Below are positions 27,105 to 35,586 of a stretch of 64,000 nucleotides of DNA, piece after piece. This DNA is from Pseudonocardia sp. SCN 73-27 (lineage in GTDB: Bacteria > Actinomycetota > Actinomycetes > Mycobacteriales > Pseudonocardiaceae), in the NCBI RefSeq assembly GCF_001725415.1, contig NZ_MEGH01000019.1, positions 2,795 to 66,794 of the forward strand, in the 5' to 3' direction. The position numbers and the translations under genes were made by a program. How positions within the stretch are numbered: the first letter of the stretch is position 1; the number at the start of each line of letters is the position of its first letter. The notes under the pieces were generated by a model. The model was given only the letters and a program-made list of their open reading frames with translations. It ran no database searches and was not told where the DNA came from.

Positions 27105-27998
27105 GTGACGAAGCCGGCAATCGGTGCGTGGCTGGGCACGACGTGGGCACCGCACGAGGTGCTCGCGGTGGCCGGGGAGGCGGAGGCCGCCGGGTTCGAC
27201 TCGGTGTGGCTGGCCGACCACTTCATGGCCAACACCGGCACGGAGAAGGTGTCCGACCGCGGCAACCTCGAGTGCTTCGGCATGCTCGCCGGCATTGCCG
27301 CCGCTGTGCCGCGGGTACGCCTCGGCAGCCTCGTCGCGTCGATCACCTTCCGGCACCCCGCAGTGCTGGCCAACATCGCCGCGACCGTCGACGGCATCGC
27401 GTCCGGACGGCTCGTCCTCGGCGTCGGCGCGGGCTGGCAGCTCAACGAGCACGCCGCCTACGGCCTGCCGCTCGGCCCGGTCCGCGACCGGATCGACCGG
27501 TTCGAAGAAGGACTGCAGGTCCTCACCGGGCTGTTGCGCTCGGATTCCACGACCGTCGCCGGAGAGCACTACACAGTGACGGGCGCGCCGATCGTGACGC
27601 GCCCCGGCGCCGCCCGCACACCCATCCTCATCGGGGCGAGCGGCGAGAAGCGGATGCTCGGCGTCGTCGCCCGCTACGCCGACGAGTGGAACTGCTGGTC
27701 GACGCCCGAGCTGTTCGCGCACAAGTCCCGGGTGCTCGACGAGCACTGCGAGCGGATCGGCCGCGACCCGCGGGAGATCCGCCGCTCCACGCAGGCGATG
27801 CTGGAGATCGACGGCGAGGGCACCGGCGCGGGCAGCGCGGTCGTCTCCGGGTCGGTCGCACAGATCGTCGACACCATCGGGCAGTGGAGCGACGCCGGCG
27901 TCGACGAGGTGATCGTCCCCGGCATCCGCGGCACCGCCGACGAGGGCCGCCGCCTCTTCGACCGCGTCGCCACGGAGATCCTCCCGCAACTCGGCTGA
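27105..27998 (+). CDS. LLM-class (probably F420-dependent) oxidoreductase
   Basis: GFDSVWLADHF, RLGSLV, FRHPAVLA, GRLVLGVGAGW and ARYADEWN. Confidence 0.9.
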   Translation: MTKPAIGAWLGTTWAPHEVLAVAGEAEAAGFDSVWLADHFMANTGTEKVSDRGNLECFGMLAGIAAAVPRVRLGSLVASITFRHPAVLANIAATVDGIASGRLVLGVGAGWQLNEHAAYGLPLGPVRDRIDRFEEGLQVLTGLLRSDSTTVAGEHYTVTGAPIVTRPGAARTPILIGASGEKRMLGVVARYADEWNCWSTPELFAHKSRVLDEHCERIGRDPREIRRSTQAMLEIDGEGTGAGSAVVSGSVAQIVDTIGQWSDAGVDEVIVPGIRGTADEGRRLFDRVATEILPQLG

Positions 27999-28027
27999 CA
28001 GCCCCTGCTCACGAGCGTCGCGGCGCG

Positions 28028-28107
28028 CACGCCGCACCGCCATCGGCGTCCAGAACCTGCCGCTCGGGTTCGCCGTCGAGGTCGACATGGTCGTACAGCT
28101 CGGCTGA
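28028..28107 (+). pseudogene. C-terminal remnant of a RidA/YjgF-family gene
   Basis: H-A-(R)-T-A-I-G-V-Q-N-L-P-L-G-F-A-V-E-V-D-M-V-V with a 1-nt deletion at the Arg codon. Confidence 0.65.
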
Positions 28108-28157
28108 ACCGCGCCGACGGGGCCATCATGGGGTCCGGCCCGGGAGGAGGACCCACC

Positions 28158-29354
28158 ATGGCGTACTACCGGCGCACCGGCCACGTCCCGCTCAAGCGGC
28201 ACACCCAGCACCGCAGCAGCGACGGCGACCTCCACTACGAGGAGCTCATGGGGGAGGAGGGTTTCTCGTCGGACTCCTCGCTGCTCTACCACCGCGGCGT
28301 CCCCTCGGCGATCGTCGACGCCACACCGTGGGACCCCCACGACCAGACGCTGACCGAGAACCGGCCGCTGCTGCCGCGGCACCTGCAGCTGCACGCCCTC
28401 GGCGGTGACGACTGGAAGGCCGTCGACGCCGTCACCGGGCGCCGGCTCGTGCTCGGTAACGCCGACGTCCGCATCTCCTACGTCGTCGCCGGGCAGCCGT
28501 CGCCGCTCTACCGCGACGCCGTCGGCGACGAGTGCGTCTACGTCGAGTCCGGCGCGGCGACGATCGAGACCGTGTTCGGGTCGCTGCGCGCCTCCGCCGG
28601 GCACTACGTCGTCATCCCGCGGTCGACGACGCACCGCTGGATCCCCGACGGCTCGGAACCGTTGCGGCTCTACGCGATCGAGGCGTCGTCGCACATCGCG
28701 CCGCCCAAGCGGTATCTGTCGCGCTACGGACAGTTCCTCGAACACGCGCCCTTCTGCGAGCGTGACCTCCACAGCGCGTCAGAGCCGCTGCTCGTGGAGG
28801 GATCGGACGTCGAGGTGCTGGTCCGGCACCGGGGCACGCAGGGCATCACCGGCACCCGGTACGTGTTCGCGACGCACCCCTTCGACGTCGTCGGCTGGGA
28901 CGGCTGCCTCTACCCCTACACGTTCGACGTCGCCGACTTCGAGCCGATCACCGGCCGCGTGCACCAGCCGCCGCCGGTGCACCAGGTGTTCGAGGGCGAC
29001 GGGTTCGTGATCTGCAACTTCGTGCCCCGCAAGGTCGACTACCACCCGCTGTCGGTGCCCGTGCCGTACTACCACTCCAACGTCGCCTCCGACGAGGTCA
29101 TGTTCTACTGCGGCGGCAACTACGAGGCGCGCAAGGGATCCGGGATCGCGCAGGGCTCGGTGTCGCTGCACCCGGGCGGGCACAGCCACGGGCCGCAGCC
29201 GTCCGCGATCGAACGGTCGCTCGGGGCGGAGTTCTTCGACGAGCTCGCGGTCATGGTCGACACCTTCCGGCCGCTCGCGCTCGGCGAGGGCGGGCTCGCC
29301 GCCGAGGACCCCGCCTACGCGTGGACCTGGGCGGGCCGGGGCCCCTCGGTGTGA
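28158..29354 (+). CDS. hmgA: Homogentisate 1,2-dioxygenase family protein
   Basis: Actinobacterial-type MAYYR..G.VP.KRHTQ, HQPPPVH, PYYHSNVASDEVMFY and SLHPGGHSHGP. Confidence 0.85.
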   Translation: MAYYRRTGHVPLKRHTQHRSSDGDLHYEELMGEEGFSSDSSLLYHRGVPSAIVDATPWDPHDQTLTENRPLLPRHLQLHALGGDDWKAVDAVTGRRLVLGNADVRISYVVAGQPSPLYRDAVGDECVYVESGAATIETVFGSLRASAGHYVVIPRSTTHRWIPDGSEPLRLYAIEASSHIAPPKRYLSRYGQFLEHAPFCERDLHSASEPLLVEGSDVEVLVRHRGTQGITGTRYVFATHPFDVVGWDGCLYPYTFDVADFEPITGRVHQPPPVHQVFEGDGFVICNFVPRKVDYHPLSVPVPYYHSNVASDEVMFYCGGNYEARKGSGIAQGSVSLHPGGHSHGPQPSAIERSLGAEFFDELAVMVDTFRPLALGEGGLAAEDPAYAWTWAGRGPSV

Positions 29355-29501
29355 GCGTCCCGGCCGGCACAGGGGCACGTCAGCCCATCAGCAGTCTCGA
29401 TCCCCTCACGACCAGTGGGCGCACGGTCTGACCCCAGAGCCCGCAGGCTCCGAGGTTGGGAGTGCTGACCCGCCGGCCGCTACCGGAGCCGAGCCTGGCC
29501 A

Positions 29502-30662
29502 TCAGAGGTGGTGCGGGAACCGGAACCGCAGCGCCGCCGCCGCGACCGCGGCAGCCGCGACGACGATCGCGCCCAGCAGCAGCGCCGGCCGGTAGCCGCC
29601 GTCGAGCAGCGGAGCCGCGAGGACCGGCCCGAGGATCTGGCCGACGCTGTAGCCGACGGTCAGCACCGCGACCGCGCGGCCGATGCCGAGCTGCGTGCCG
29701 ATGGGCAGCGAGATCGTCGCGACGGCCAGGAACGTCGCCCCGAACAGGACGGCCGCGACGACCGCCGGGCCGGTACCGCCGAACAGGGCCGGCAGCGCGA
29801 CCCCGACCGTCTGGACCAGCAGCGCGGCGAGCAGCAACGTGGGTCGTGACCAGCGGCGGATCAACGAGGTCCACAGCGCACACGACGGCAGCGCCGCCAG
29901 CCCGACGACGATCCACGTCCATGCGCCGACCCCGCCGGAGGTGTTCTGCTGCACCGCGGCGACGAGGAACGTGCCGGCGATGATGTAACCGACGCCTTCG
30001 AGCGAGTAGCTGACGAACAGCGCCACGAACCAGGGGCGGGTCCGCGGCCGGGCGGTCCCCGCCGGAGCCGGTGCGGGTGCGGGGTCGGCGCCCACCGGCA
30101 CCAGCCACGCCGCCGCCGTGAGCAGCGCGGCGAGTGCCGCCGAGGCCCACCACGCCACGGTCCAGTCGGCGACCGTCCGCAGCAGTGCGACGAGCAGTCC
30201 GGACAGCGCGATCCCCACGCCGACGCCGCCCATCGTCCAGCCCACGAGATGGGCGGCGTGCCCCCGCAGCCTCACGACGATCGTCGTGAAGACGGCGACG
30301 AACACGACCGCACTCGCCACGCCCGCGATGCCGCGCAACAGGACCCAGACCCCCACGTTCGTGCTGACGGGCATCAGCGCGACCGAGGCGACGAGCAGCA
30401 GCAGCGACAGCCGGTAGACCGCACGCGAGCGCATCGCGGCGGGCGCGACCGTCCCGATGATCGCGCCGACGAGGTAGCCGACGTAGTTGGCGGTCGCCAG
30501 CGCGGCGGCCGTCGGCGCGCTGAGCCCGGCCTGCTCTTCCATCAGCGGCAGGATCGGGGTGTACACGAAGCGACCGATGCCCATCGCCGTCGCCAGCGCG
30601 CAGGCGCCGAGGGCGACGGTCCGCCACGGCGCGGCGGCGCGTACGGGGGCGTCGGTGGTCAT
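29502..30662 (-). CDS. YbfB/YjiJ-family MFS transporter
   Basis: MGIGRFVYTPILPLM, LATANYVGYL and YSLEGVGYII. Confidence 0.9.
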   Translation of the reverse strand: MTTDAPVRAAAPWRTVALGACALATAMGIGRFVYTPILPLMEEQAGLSAPTAAALATANYVGYLVGAIIGTVAPAAMRSRAVYRLSLLLLVASVALMPVSTNVGVWVLLRGIAGVASAVVFVAVFTTIVVRLRGHAAHLVGWTMGGVGVGIALSGLLVALLRTVADWTVAWWASAALAALLTAAAWLVPVGADPAPAPAPAGTARPRTRPWFVALFVSYSLEGVGYIIAGTFLVAAVQQNTSGGVGAWTWIVVGLAALPSCALWTSLIRRWSRPTLLLAALLVQTVGVALPALFGGTGPAVVAAVLFGATFLAVATISLPIGTQLGIGRAVAVLTVGYSVGQILGPVLAAPLLDGGYRPALLLGAIVVAAAAVAAAALRFRFPHHL

Positions 30663-30702
30663 CGGTTCCGACGCTATGTCGTCGGCCCCTCAGGTGGAAG
30701 CC

Positions 30703-30796
30703 CGTACCGCACGGTACGGCGGCTGCTCCACTTGTGGCCCATGGCATACGTTGCTACAAAAGGTGAACACCCCTCAACGGCATACCGCACGGTACG
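30703..30796. promoter_or_regulatory. Two copies of a 16-bp palindrome C(G/A)TACCGCACGGTACG (candidate TetR operators)
   Basis: CGTACCGCACGGTACG 30703-30718 (perfect IR) and CATACCGCACGGTACG 30781-30796. Confidence 0.75.
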
Positions 30797-30827
30797 CGAC
30801 GAGCCTCCCGAGACAGGAAGGTGCCCG

Positions 30828-31967
30828 GTGGACCGCACGTCGGAGCTGGCCCTCATCGACGAGATCGCCGACCTCCTCGCCCGCGGCACGACGGCGATGG
30901 CCCCCGACGTGGGCCGCGTCCGCACCGCCGACATCGTCGGACCCGAGCGCGCCGAGGCCGAGCGGGCACTGTTCACGCAGCAGCCGATCGTCGTCGCCCC
31001 CGGCGCGGCCGTCCCGGGTCCGGGTGACTTCGTCGCCGACGAGATCGCGGGCCTCCCACTACTGGTGGTGCGGGGTGACGACGGCGCCGTCCGCGTCTTC
31101 CTGAACGCCTGCAGGCACCGCGGCAACATCGTCTGCCAGGAGCCGCAGGGCAACCGGCGGGTGTTCTCCTGCGAGTACCACGCCTGGACCTACGACCGGC
31201 AGGGTCGCTGCCGCAGCACCGTCGACCGGGTGGGCTTCGCGGGGCTCGGCGACGCCGACACCAGCCTCGTCGCGTTCCCCACCGAGGAGCGGCACGGGCT
31301 GATCTGGGCGAGGCTGACCGCGGGCGCGGACCTCGACGTCGCCGCCCATCTCGGCCCCGACCTCGACGCCGAGCTGGCCGGGTTCGCCCCGCACGCGCAG
31401 CACCTCTACGCGGGCGAGACGACGACGTTCCCCTTCAACTGGAAGTTCGGCGTCAACACGTTCCAGGAGCTGTTCCACCTGGCGTTCCTGCACAAGAAGA
31501 CGCTGGGCTCGGCATTCATCTCCAACGTCTCGGCCTACCGCAGCTACCCCCTGCACCAGCGGCTGACGGTCGTCCGCAGCACCTTCCCCGAGATGGTCGC
31601 GGGCCCCGAGTCGCAGCGGTCCCTGTTCCCGCACTGCACCCTCGTCTACGTGCTGTTCCCGAACACGGTGTTCGTGTGGCAGCTCGACCATCTCGAGGTC
31701 TGGCGGTTCACCCCGACGCCCGGCGACCCCGGCTCCTGCCAGGTCGGCCTGTGGCTGACGACGGAGCACGCGCCGCAGACCGACAAGGCCCGCACGCACT
31801 GGCAGCGCAACTGGGAGCTGACCAAGGCGACCGTCTACGGCGAGGACTTCGCGACGATGGCCAACATCCAGCGCACCGTCAGCTCCGGGGCGCTGCCCGA
31901 GATCGTTTACGGGCGCAACGAGATCGGGCTGCAGGACTACTACCGGAACGTTGCGGAGGCGGTGTGA
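30828..31967 (+). CDS. Rieske non-heme iron oxygenase alpha subunit
   Basis: Rieske CRHRG...CEYHAW; mononuclear Fe site NTFQELFHLAFLH and EDF. Confidence 0.92.
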   Translation: MDRTSELALIDEIADLLARGTTAMAPDVGRVRTADIVGPERAEAERALFTQQPIVVAPGAAVPGPGDFVADEIAGLPLLVVRGDDGAVRVFLNACRHRGNIVCQEPQGNRRVFSCEYHAWTYDRQGRCRSTVDRVGFAGLGDADTSLVAFPTEERHGLIWARLTAGADLDVAAHLGPDLDAELAGFAPHAQHLYAGETTTFPFNWKFGVNTFQELFHLAFLHKKTLGSAFISNVSAYRSYPLHQRLTVVRSTFPEMVAGPESQRSLFPHCTLVYVLFPNTVFVWQLDHLEVWRFTPTPGDPGSCQVGLWLTTEHAPQTDKARTHWQRNWELTKATVYGEDFATMANIQRTVSSGALPEIVYGRNEIGLQDYYRNVAEAV

Positions 31968-32836
31968 GGGCGGCTCTCGTGACGGGCGGCGCCAGCGGGA
32001 TCGGGCGCGCCGTCGTCGAACGGTTGCTCGTCGACGGCCTGGGCGTCGTCGTCGCCGACTTCAACGAGGCGAACGGCGTCACGACGGTCGGCGAGCTGAC
32101 CGAGGCCGGGTTCGGCGAGCACGTGGCGTTCATGCGCACCGACGTGTCCGACGAGGACCAGGTCGCCGCTGCGATCGCCGCGACCCGGGAGCACTTCGGC
32201 CGGCTGGACGTCGTGGTCAACAACGCGGGCGTCGGCGGGGCGTTCGGCCCGATCACCGAGGTCGAGCTGGAGGACTGGGAGTACACGTTCGGTGTGATCA
32301 GCCGGGGCGTGTTCCTCGGGACGAAGCACGCCGCGCGCGTCATGAAGGCCGACGGGAACGGTGGCAGCATCGTCAACACCGGGTCGCTCGCGGGGATCAG
32401 CGGTGGGGCCGGGCCGCAGGCGTACTCGGCGGCGAAGGCGGCCGTCATCAACTTCACCCGGGCGGTCGCGGTCGAGCTGGCGCCGTGGCGGATCCGGGTC
32501 AACAGCGTCTCGCCCGGGTTCATCCGCACCCCGATCCTCGGCGGCGGGGAGAAGCTGCTCGACCGTTTGATCGGCACCGTCCAGCCGTGGCCGGAGGTGG
32601 GGGAGCCGGCGCATGTCGCGTCGGTGGTGTCGTTCCTGGCGGGTGCGGACTCGTCGTTCGTGACGGGAGAGTCGATCAATGTCGACGGCGGGGTCACGGC
32701 GGCGGGCCCGCACGTCGGCGACACCGTCGGCGGGGACCCGGCGGCTCGCGGACTGGTCGGCGTCGCGCGGGGGTCGACGGGGCAGGAGTCGGTGGTGCGC
32801 AGGCGGTCGGGGGACGATCGTGTCGCGGACTCCTGA
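31964..32836 (+). CDS. SDR-family NAD(P)-dependent oxidoreductase
   Basis: TGGASGIG, NNAG, YSAAK and IRVNSVSPG. Confidence 0.93.
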   Translation: MRAALVTGGASGIGRAVVERLLVDGLGVVVADFNEANGVTTVGELTEAGFGEHVAFMRTDVSDEDQVAAAIAATREHFGRLDVVVNNAGVGGAFGPITEVELEDWEYTFGVISRGVFLGTKHAARVMKADGNGGSIVNTGSLAGISGGAGPQAYSAAKAAVINFTRAVAVELAPWRIRVNSVSPGFIRTPILGGGEKLLDRLIGTVQPWPEVGEPAHVASVVSFLAGADSSFVTGESINVDGGVTAAGPHVGDTVGGDPAARGLVGVARGSTGQESVVRRRSGDDRVADS

Positions 32837-33413
32837 GACGCGGCGCAGCTCGCGCGACGGGATCGTCGCCGCCGCGGTCGCGCTGTTCGACAAGCAGGGC
32901 TACGAGGCCACGTCGGTGCAGGAGATCGTCGACGCGGCCGGCGTGACCAAGGGATCCTTTTATCATCACTTCGACAGCAAGGACGCTGTCCTCCTGGTCA
33001 TCCACGACACCTTCATCGACCACCAGCTCGACGTCCTCGACTCCATCTCCACCGCCGACCGGCCCGTCCGCGACGTCCTGGCCGAGGTCATCGAGGAGAT
33101 CGTCGTCGGCGTCGAGGCCTACCAGCAGCAGCAACGCATCTTCTACGAGCAGCACCGCTTCCTCACCGACGAGCGGTTCGAGGCCGTCAAGGTCAAGCGC
33201 AGCGAGTTCGAACGCCGCGTGGTCCGGATGATCGAACGCGGCATCGAACGCGGCGAGTTCCGGGCGATCGACTCGGCGAAGATCGTCGCTTTCGGCATCA
33301 TCGGGATGAGCGCCTGGACCTACCACTGGTACCACCCGGGCGCCCTCACCGCGCGCGAGATCGGGCGCCTCTACGCGCAGGTGGTGATCCGTGGGCTCGC
33401 CGGTGACGGCTGA
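32820..33413 (+). CDS. TetR/AcrR-family regulator (KstR2-like C-terminal domain)
   Basis: GYEATSVQEIVDAAGVTKGSFYHHF and GMSAWTYHWY. Confidence 0.92.
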   Translation: MSRTPETRRSSRDGIVAAAVALFDKQGYEATSVQEIVDAAGVTKGSFYHHFDSKDAVLLVIHDTFIDHQLDVLDSISTADRPVRDVLAEVIEEIVVGVEAYQQQQRIFYEQHRFLTDERFEAVKVKRSEFERRVVRMIERGIERGEFRAIDSAKIVAFGIIGMSAWTYHWYHPGALTAREIGRLYAQVVIRGLAGDG

Positions 33414-33897
33414 CCGCGTCTCCCTGGCCCTCGCTGGGGGACCGCGCGAGATGGTGTTCTGGGTCGAGGAGCTCGCGCACCGTGCGGACCGGCCCGGCGC
33501 GGTCGCGTTCGCCGTCGCGACGCTCTCGCCGGTGACCGTCCCCCTGCTCGCCGACCTCCTCGCCGACCCCGACGCCCGCCCCGGCCCGCACGTCGACGCC
33601 CTCGTCGCGCTCGACCCGTTGGACCACAGGCCCCACCTCGACGACGGCGCCGACGCCGCGGTCCTCGCCGACATCCTGCTCACCGGGCTGTCCCGTTCCC
33701 GCGCCGACTACGAGAGCGTTCGCGTGTGGGCGGCCGACCGCGTCGACGGCCCCGACGACGTCGCCGGTCTGAACCGCGTCGTCCGCGGGCTGCTGGCCCA
33801 CGACTCGATCTATGCCACCCCTGAGTGCCGGGCCCGTCTCGAAGGACGGGCCCGCTACAACCTCGCGATCGAGGACCGCGCGACCCGCAAGCACTGA
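33403..33897 (+). CDS. Hypothetical 164-aa protein
   Basis: Overlaps the TetR stop, GC3-biased codons, fills the operon gap; no family recognised. Confidence 0.6.
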   Translation: MTADRVSLALAGGPREMVFWVEELAHRADRPGAVAFAVATLSPVTVPLLADLLADPDARPGPHVDALVALDPLDHRPHLDDGADAAVLADILLTGLSRSRADYESVRVWAADRVDGPDDVAGLNRVVRGLLAHDSIYATPECRARLEGRARYNLAIEDRATRKH

Positions 33898-33926
33898 TCC
33901 CCCGACGAAGTGGGAGGCCGCAGGGC

Positions 33927-35465
33927 ATGGACGGACTGACGATGTCGGCGGCGGTGCGCCGCGCCGCCGAACTGCACCCCTACCGGACCGCGATCGTCTA
34001 CGACGGTCGCAGGTGGACCTACCGGGAGTACGACGAGCGCGTCAACCGGGCCGCGAACCTGTTGCTGGGCCTCGACGTCGGGTTCGGCGAGCACGTCGCG
34101 ATCCTGGGTCGCAACTCGATCGAGTACCTCGAGCTGTGTCACGCGTCCGGGCGGATCGGCGCCGTGTTCGGCACGATCAACTGGCGGTTGGCGCCGAAGG
34201 AGATCAGTTTCATCGTCACCGACGGCGACGCGAAGGTGCTGTTCGTCGAGGCCATGTTCCAGGACGCCGTCGCCGCCGTGCTCGACGAGCTCGCCGGCAT
34301 CACCCTCGTCGTCTACGACGGTCCGCCGACCCTGCCCGGCGCCCTCGCCTACGACGACCTCCACACCGCCGCCGACACCACGAACCCCGACATCGAGGTG
34401 AACAGCGACGACGAGGCGCTGATCATGTACACCTCGGGCACGACCGGCCTGCCCAAGGGGGCGGTGCTCACACACGGCAACATCTGCTGGGACACCATCT
34501 CCTACCTGACCTACGCCCCGCCGCGGCCCGGCGACGTCGCCCTGCTGTCGATGCCGACCAACCACGTCAGTGGCCTGCACATGGTCGTCAACGGGTTCTT
34601 CGCCCGCGCGCTGCCGGTCGTCGTCATGCGGCAGTTCGAGCCCGCCGAGGCGTGCCGGCTGATCGCGGAGCACCGCGTCACCCAGGCCTGCATCCTCGTG
34701 ACCCCGATGCAGATGCTGCTCGACTACCCCGACCTGCACACACACGACCTCAGCTCGCTGCGTTCGGTGCTCACCGCCGCGGCGAAGTACAACCGGGCGT
34801 TCCCGGCGTCGGTCATGCACAAGTTGGAGCTCGAACACCTCTGGTTCGTCTACGGCCTGACCGAGGCCTCGCCCATGGTGTCGGTGACCGAGTTCGTCGG
34901 CGAGATGGCGGATCGGGAGAACACCCTCGGGCGGCCGATGTGGTACCTCGACGTCCGGATCGCGGACGACGACGACCAGCCCGTCGCCCCCGGCGAGGTC
35001 GGGGAGATCCTCGTCAAGGGCCCCAACGTCTTCCGCGGCTACTACAAGCGCGACGACGTCAACAAGGAGGTGCTGCGCGGTGGCTGGCTGCACACCGGCG
35101 ACCTCGCCCGCGCCGACTCCGACGGCTTCCTGTACTTCGTCGACCGCAAGAAGGACATGATCAAGTCCGGTGGTGAGAACGTCTTCTCGCTGGAGGTCGA
35201 GATGGCCCTGCTCGCGGCCAACCCCGAGCTGTCCGAGGCCGCCGTCCTCGGGATCCCCGACGACAGGTGGGGCGAGGCCGTCACCGCCTTCGTGACGTTC
35301 CGCGACGGAGAGTCGGCCGACACCGCCGAGATCGTCCAGCGCACACGGCACCATCTCGCCGGTTACAAGCTGCCCAAGACGGTGCACGTGCGCGACGAGC
35401 TGCCCAAGAACGTCTCGGGCAAGGTCCTCAAGCGGGTGCTGCGCGACGACCTGCTGGGCTCCTGA
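33927..35465 (+). CDS. Acyl-CoA synthetase (AMP-binding, class I adenylate-forming)
   Basis: YTSGTTGLPKG, YGLTEA, GWLHTGD, DRKKDMIKSGGEN and GKVLK. Confidence 0.95.
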   Translation: MDGLTMSAAVRRAAELHPYRTAIVYDGRRWTYREYDERVNRAANLLLGLDVGFGEHVAILGRNSIEYLELCHASGRIGAVFGTINWRLAPKEISFIVTDGDAKVLFVEAMFQDAVAAVLDELAGITLVVYDGPPTLPGALAYDDLHTAADTTNPDIEVNSDDEALIMYTSGTTGLPKGAVLTHGNICWDTISYLTYAPPRPGDVALLSMPTNHVSGLHMVVNGFFARALPVVVMRQFEPAEACRLIAEHRVTQACILVTPMQMLLDYPDLHTHDLSSLRSVLTAAAKYNRAFPASVMHKLELEHLWFVYGLTEASPMVSVTEFVGEMADRENTLGRPMWYLDVRIADDDDQPVAPGEVGEILVKGPNVFRGYYKRDDVNKEVLRGGWLHTGDLARADSDGFLYFVDRKKDMIKSGGENVFSLEVEMALLAANPELSEAAVLGIPDDRWGEAVTAFVTFRDGESADTAEIVQRTRHHLAGYKLPKTVHVRDELPKNVSGKVLKRVLRDDLLGS

Positions 35466-35484
35466 CGCGTCCCGTACAACCGGG

Positions 35485-35532
35485 CGCAACCTCACGGTCG
35501 TGTCGCCGTGCCCGGACAGCCATGAGGTTGCG
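35485..35532. terminator. 10-bp inverted repeat between convergent CoA ligase and P450 genes
   Basis: CGCAACCTCA...TGAGGTTGCG. Confidence 0.4.
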
Positions 35533-35586
35533 GCCGGAGTGTGGGGCGGGCCTGCGCCGCCCTCCCGGCAGCTCGGCCCGCCCGGC

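Noticed and set aside
28158-29354. hmgA without adjacent hppD or fumarylacetoacetase as a novel pathway
   Set aside because: The sequence is an ordinary actinobacterial HmgA type, and partners are often unlinked.
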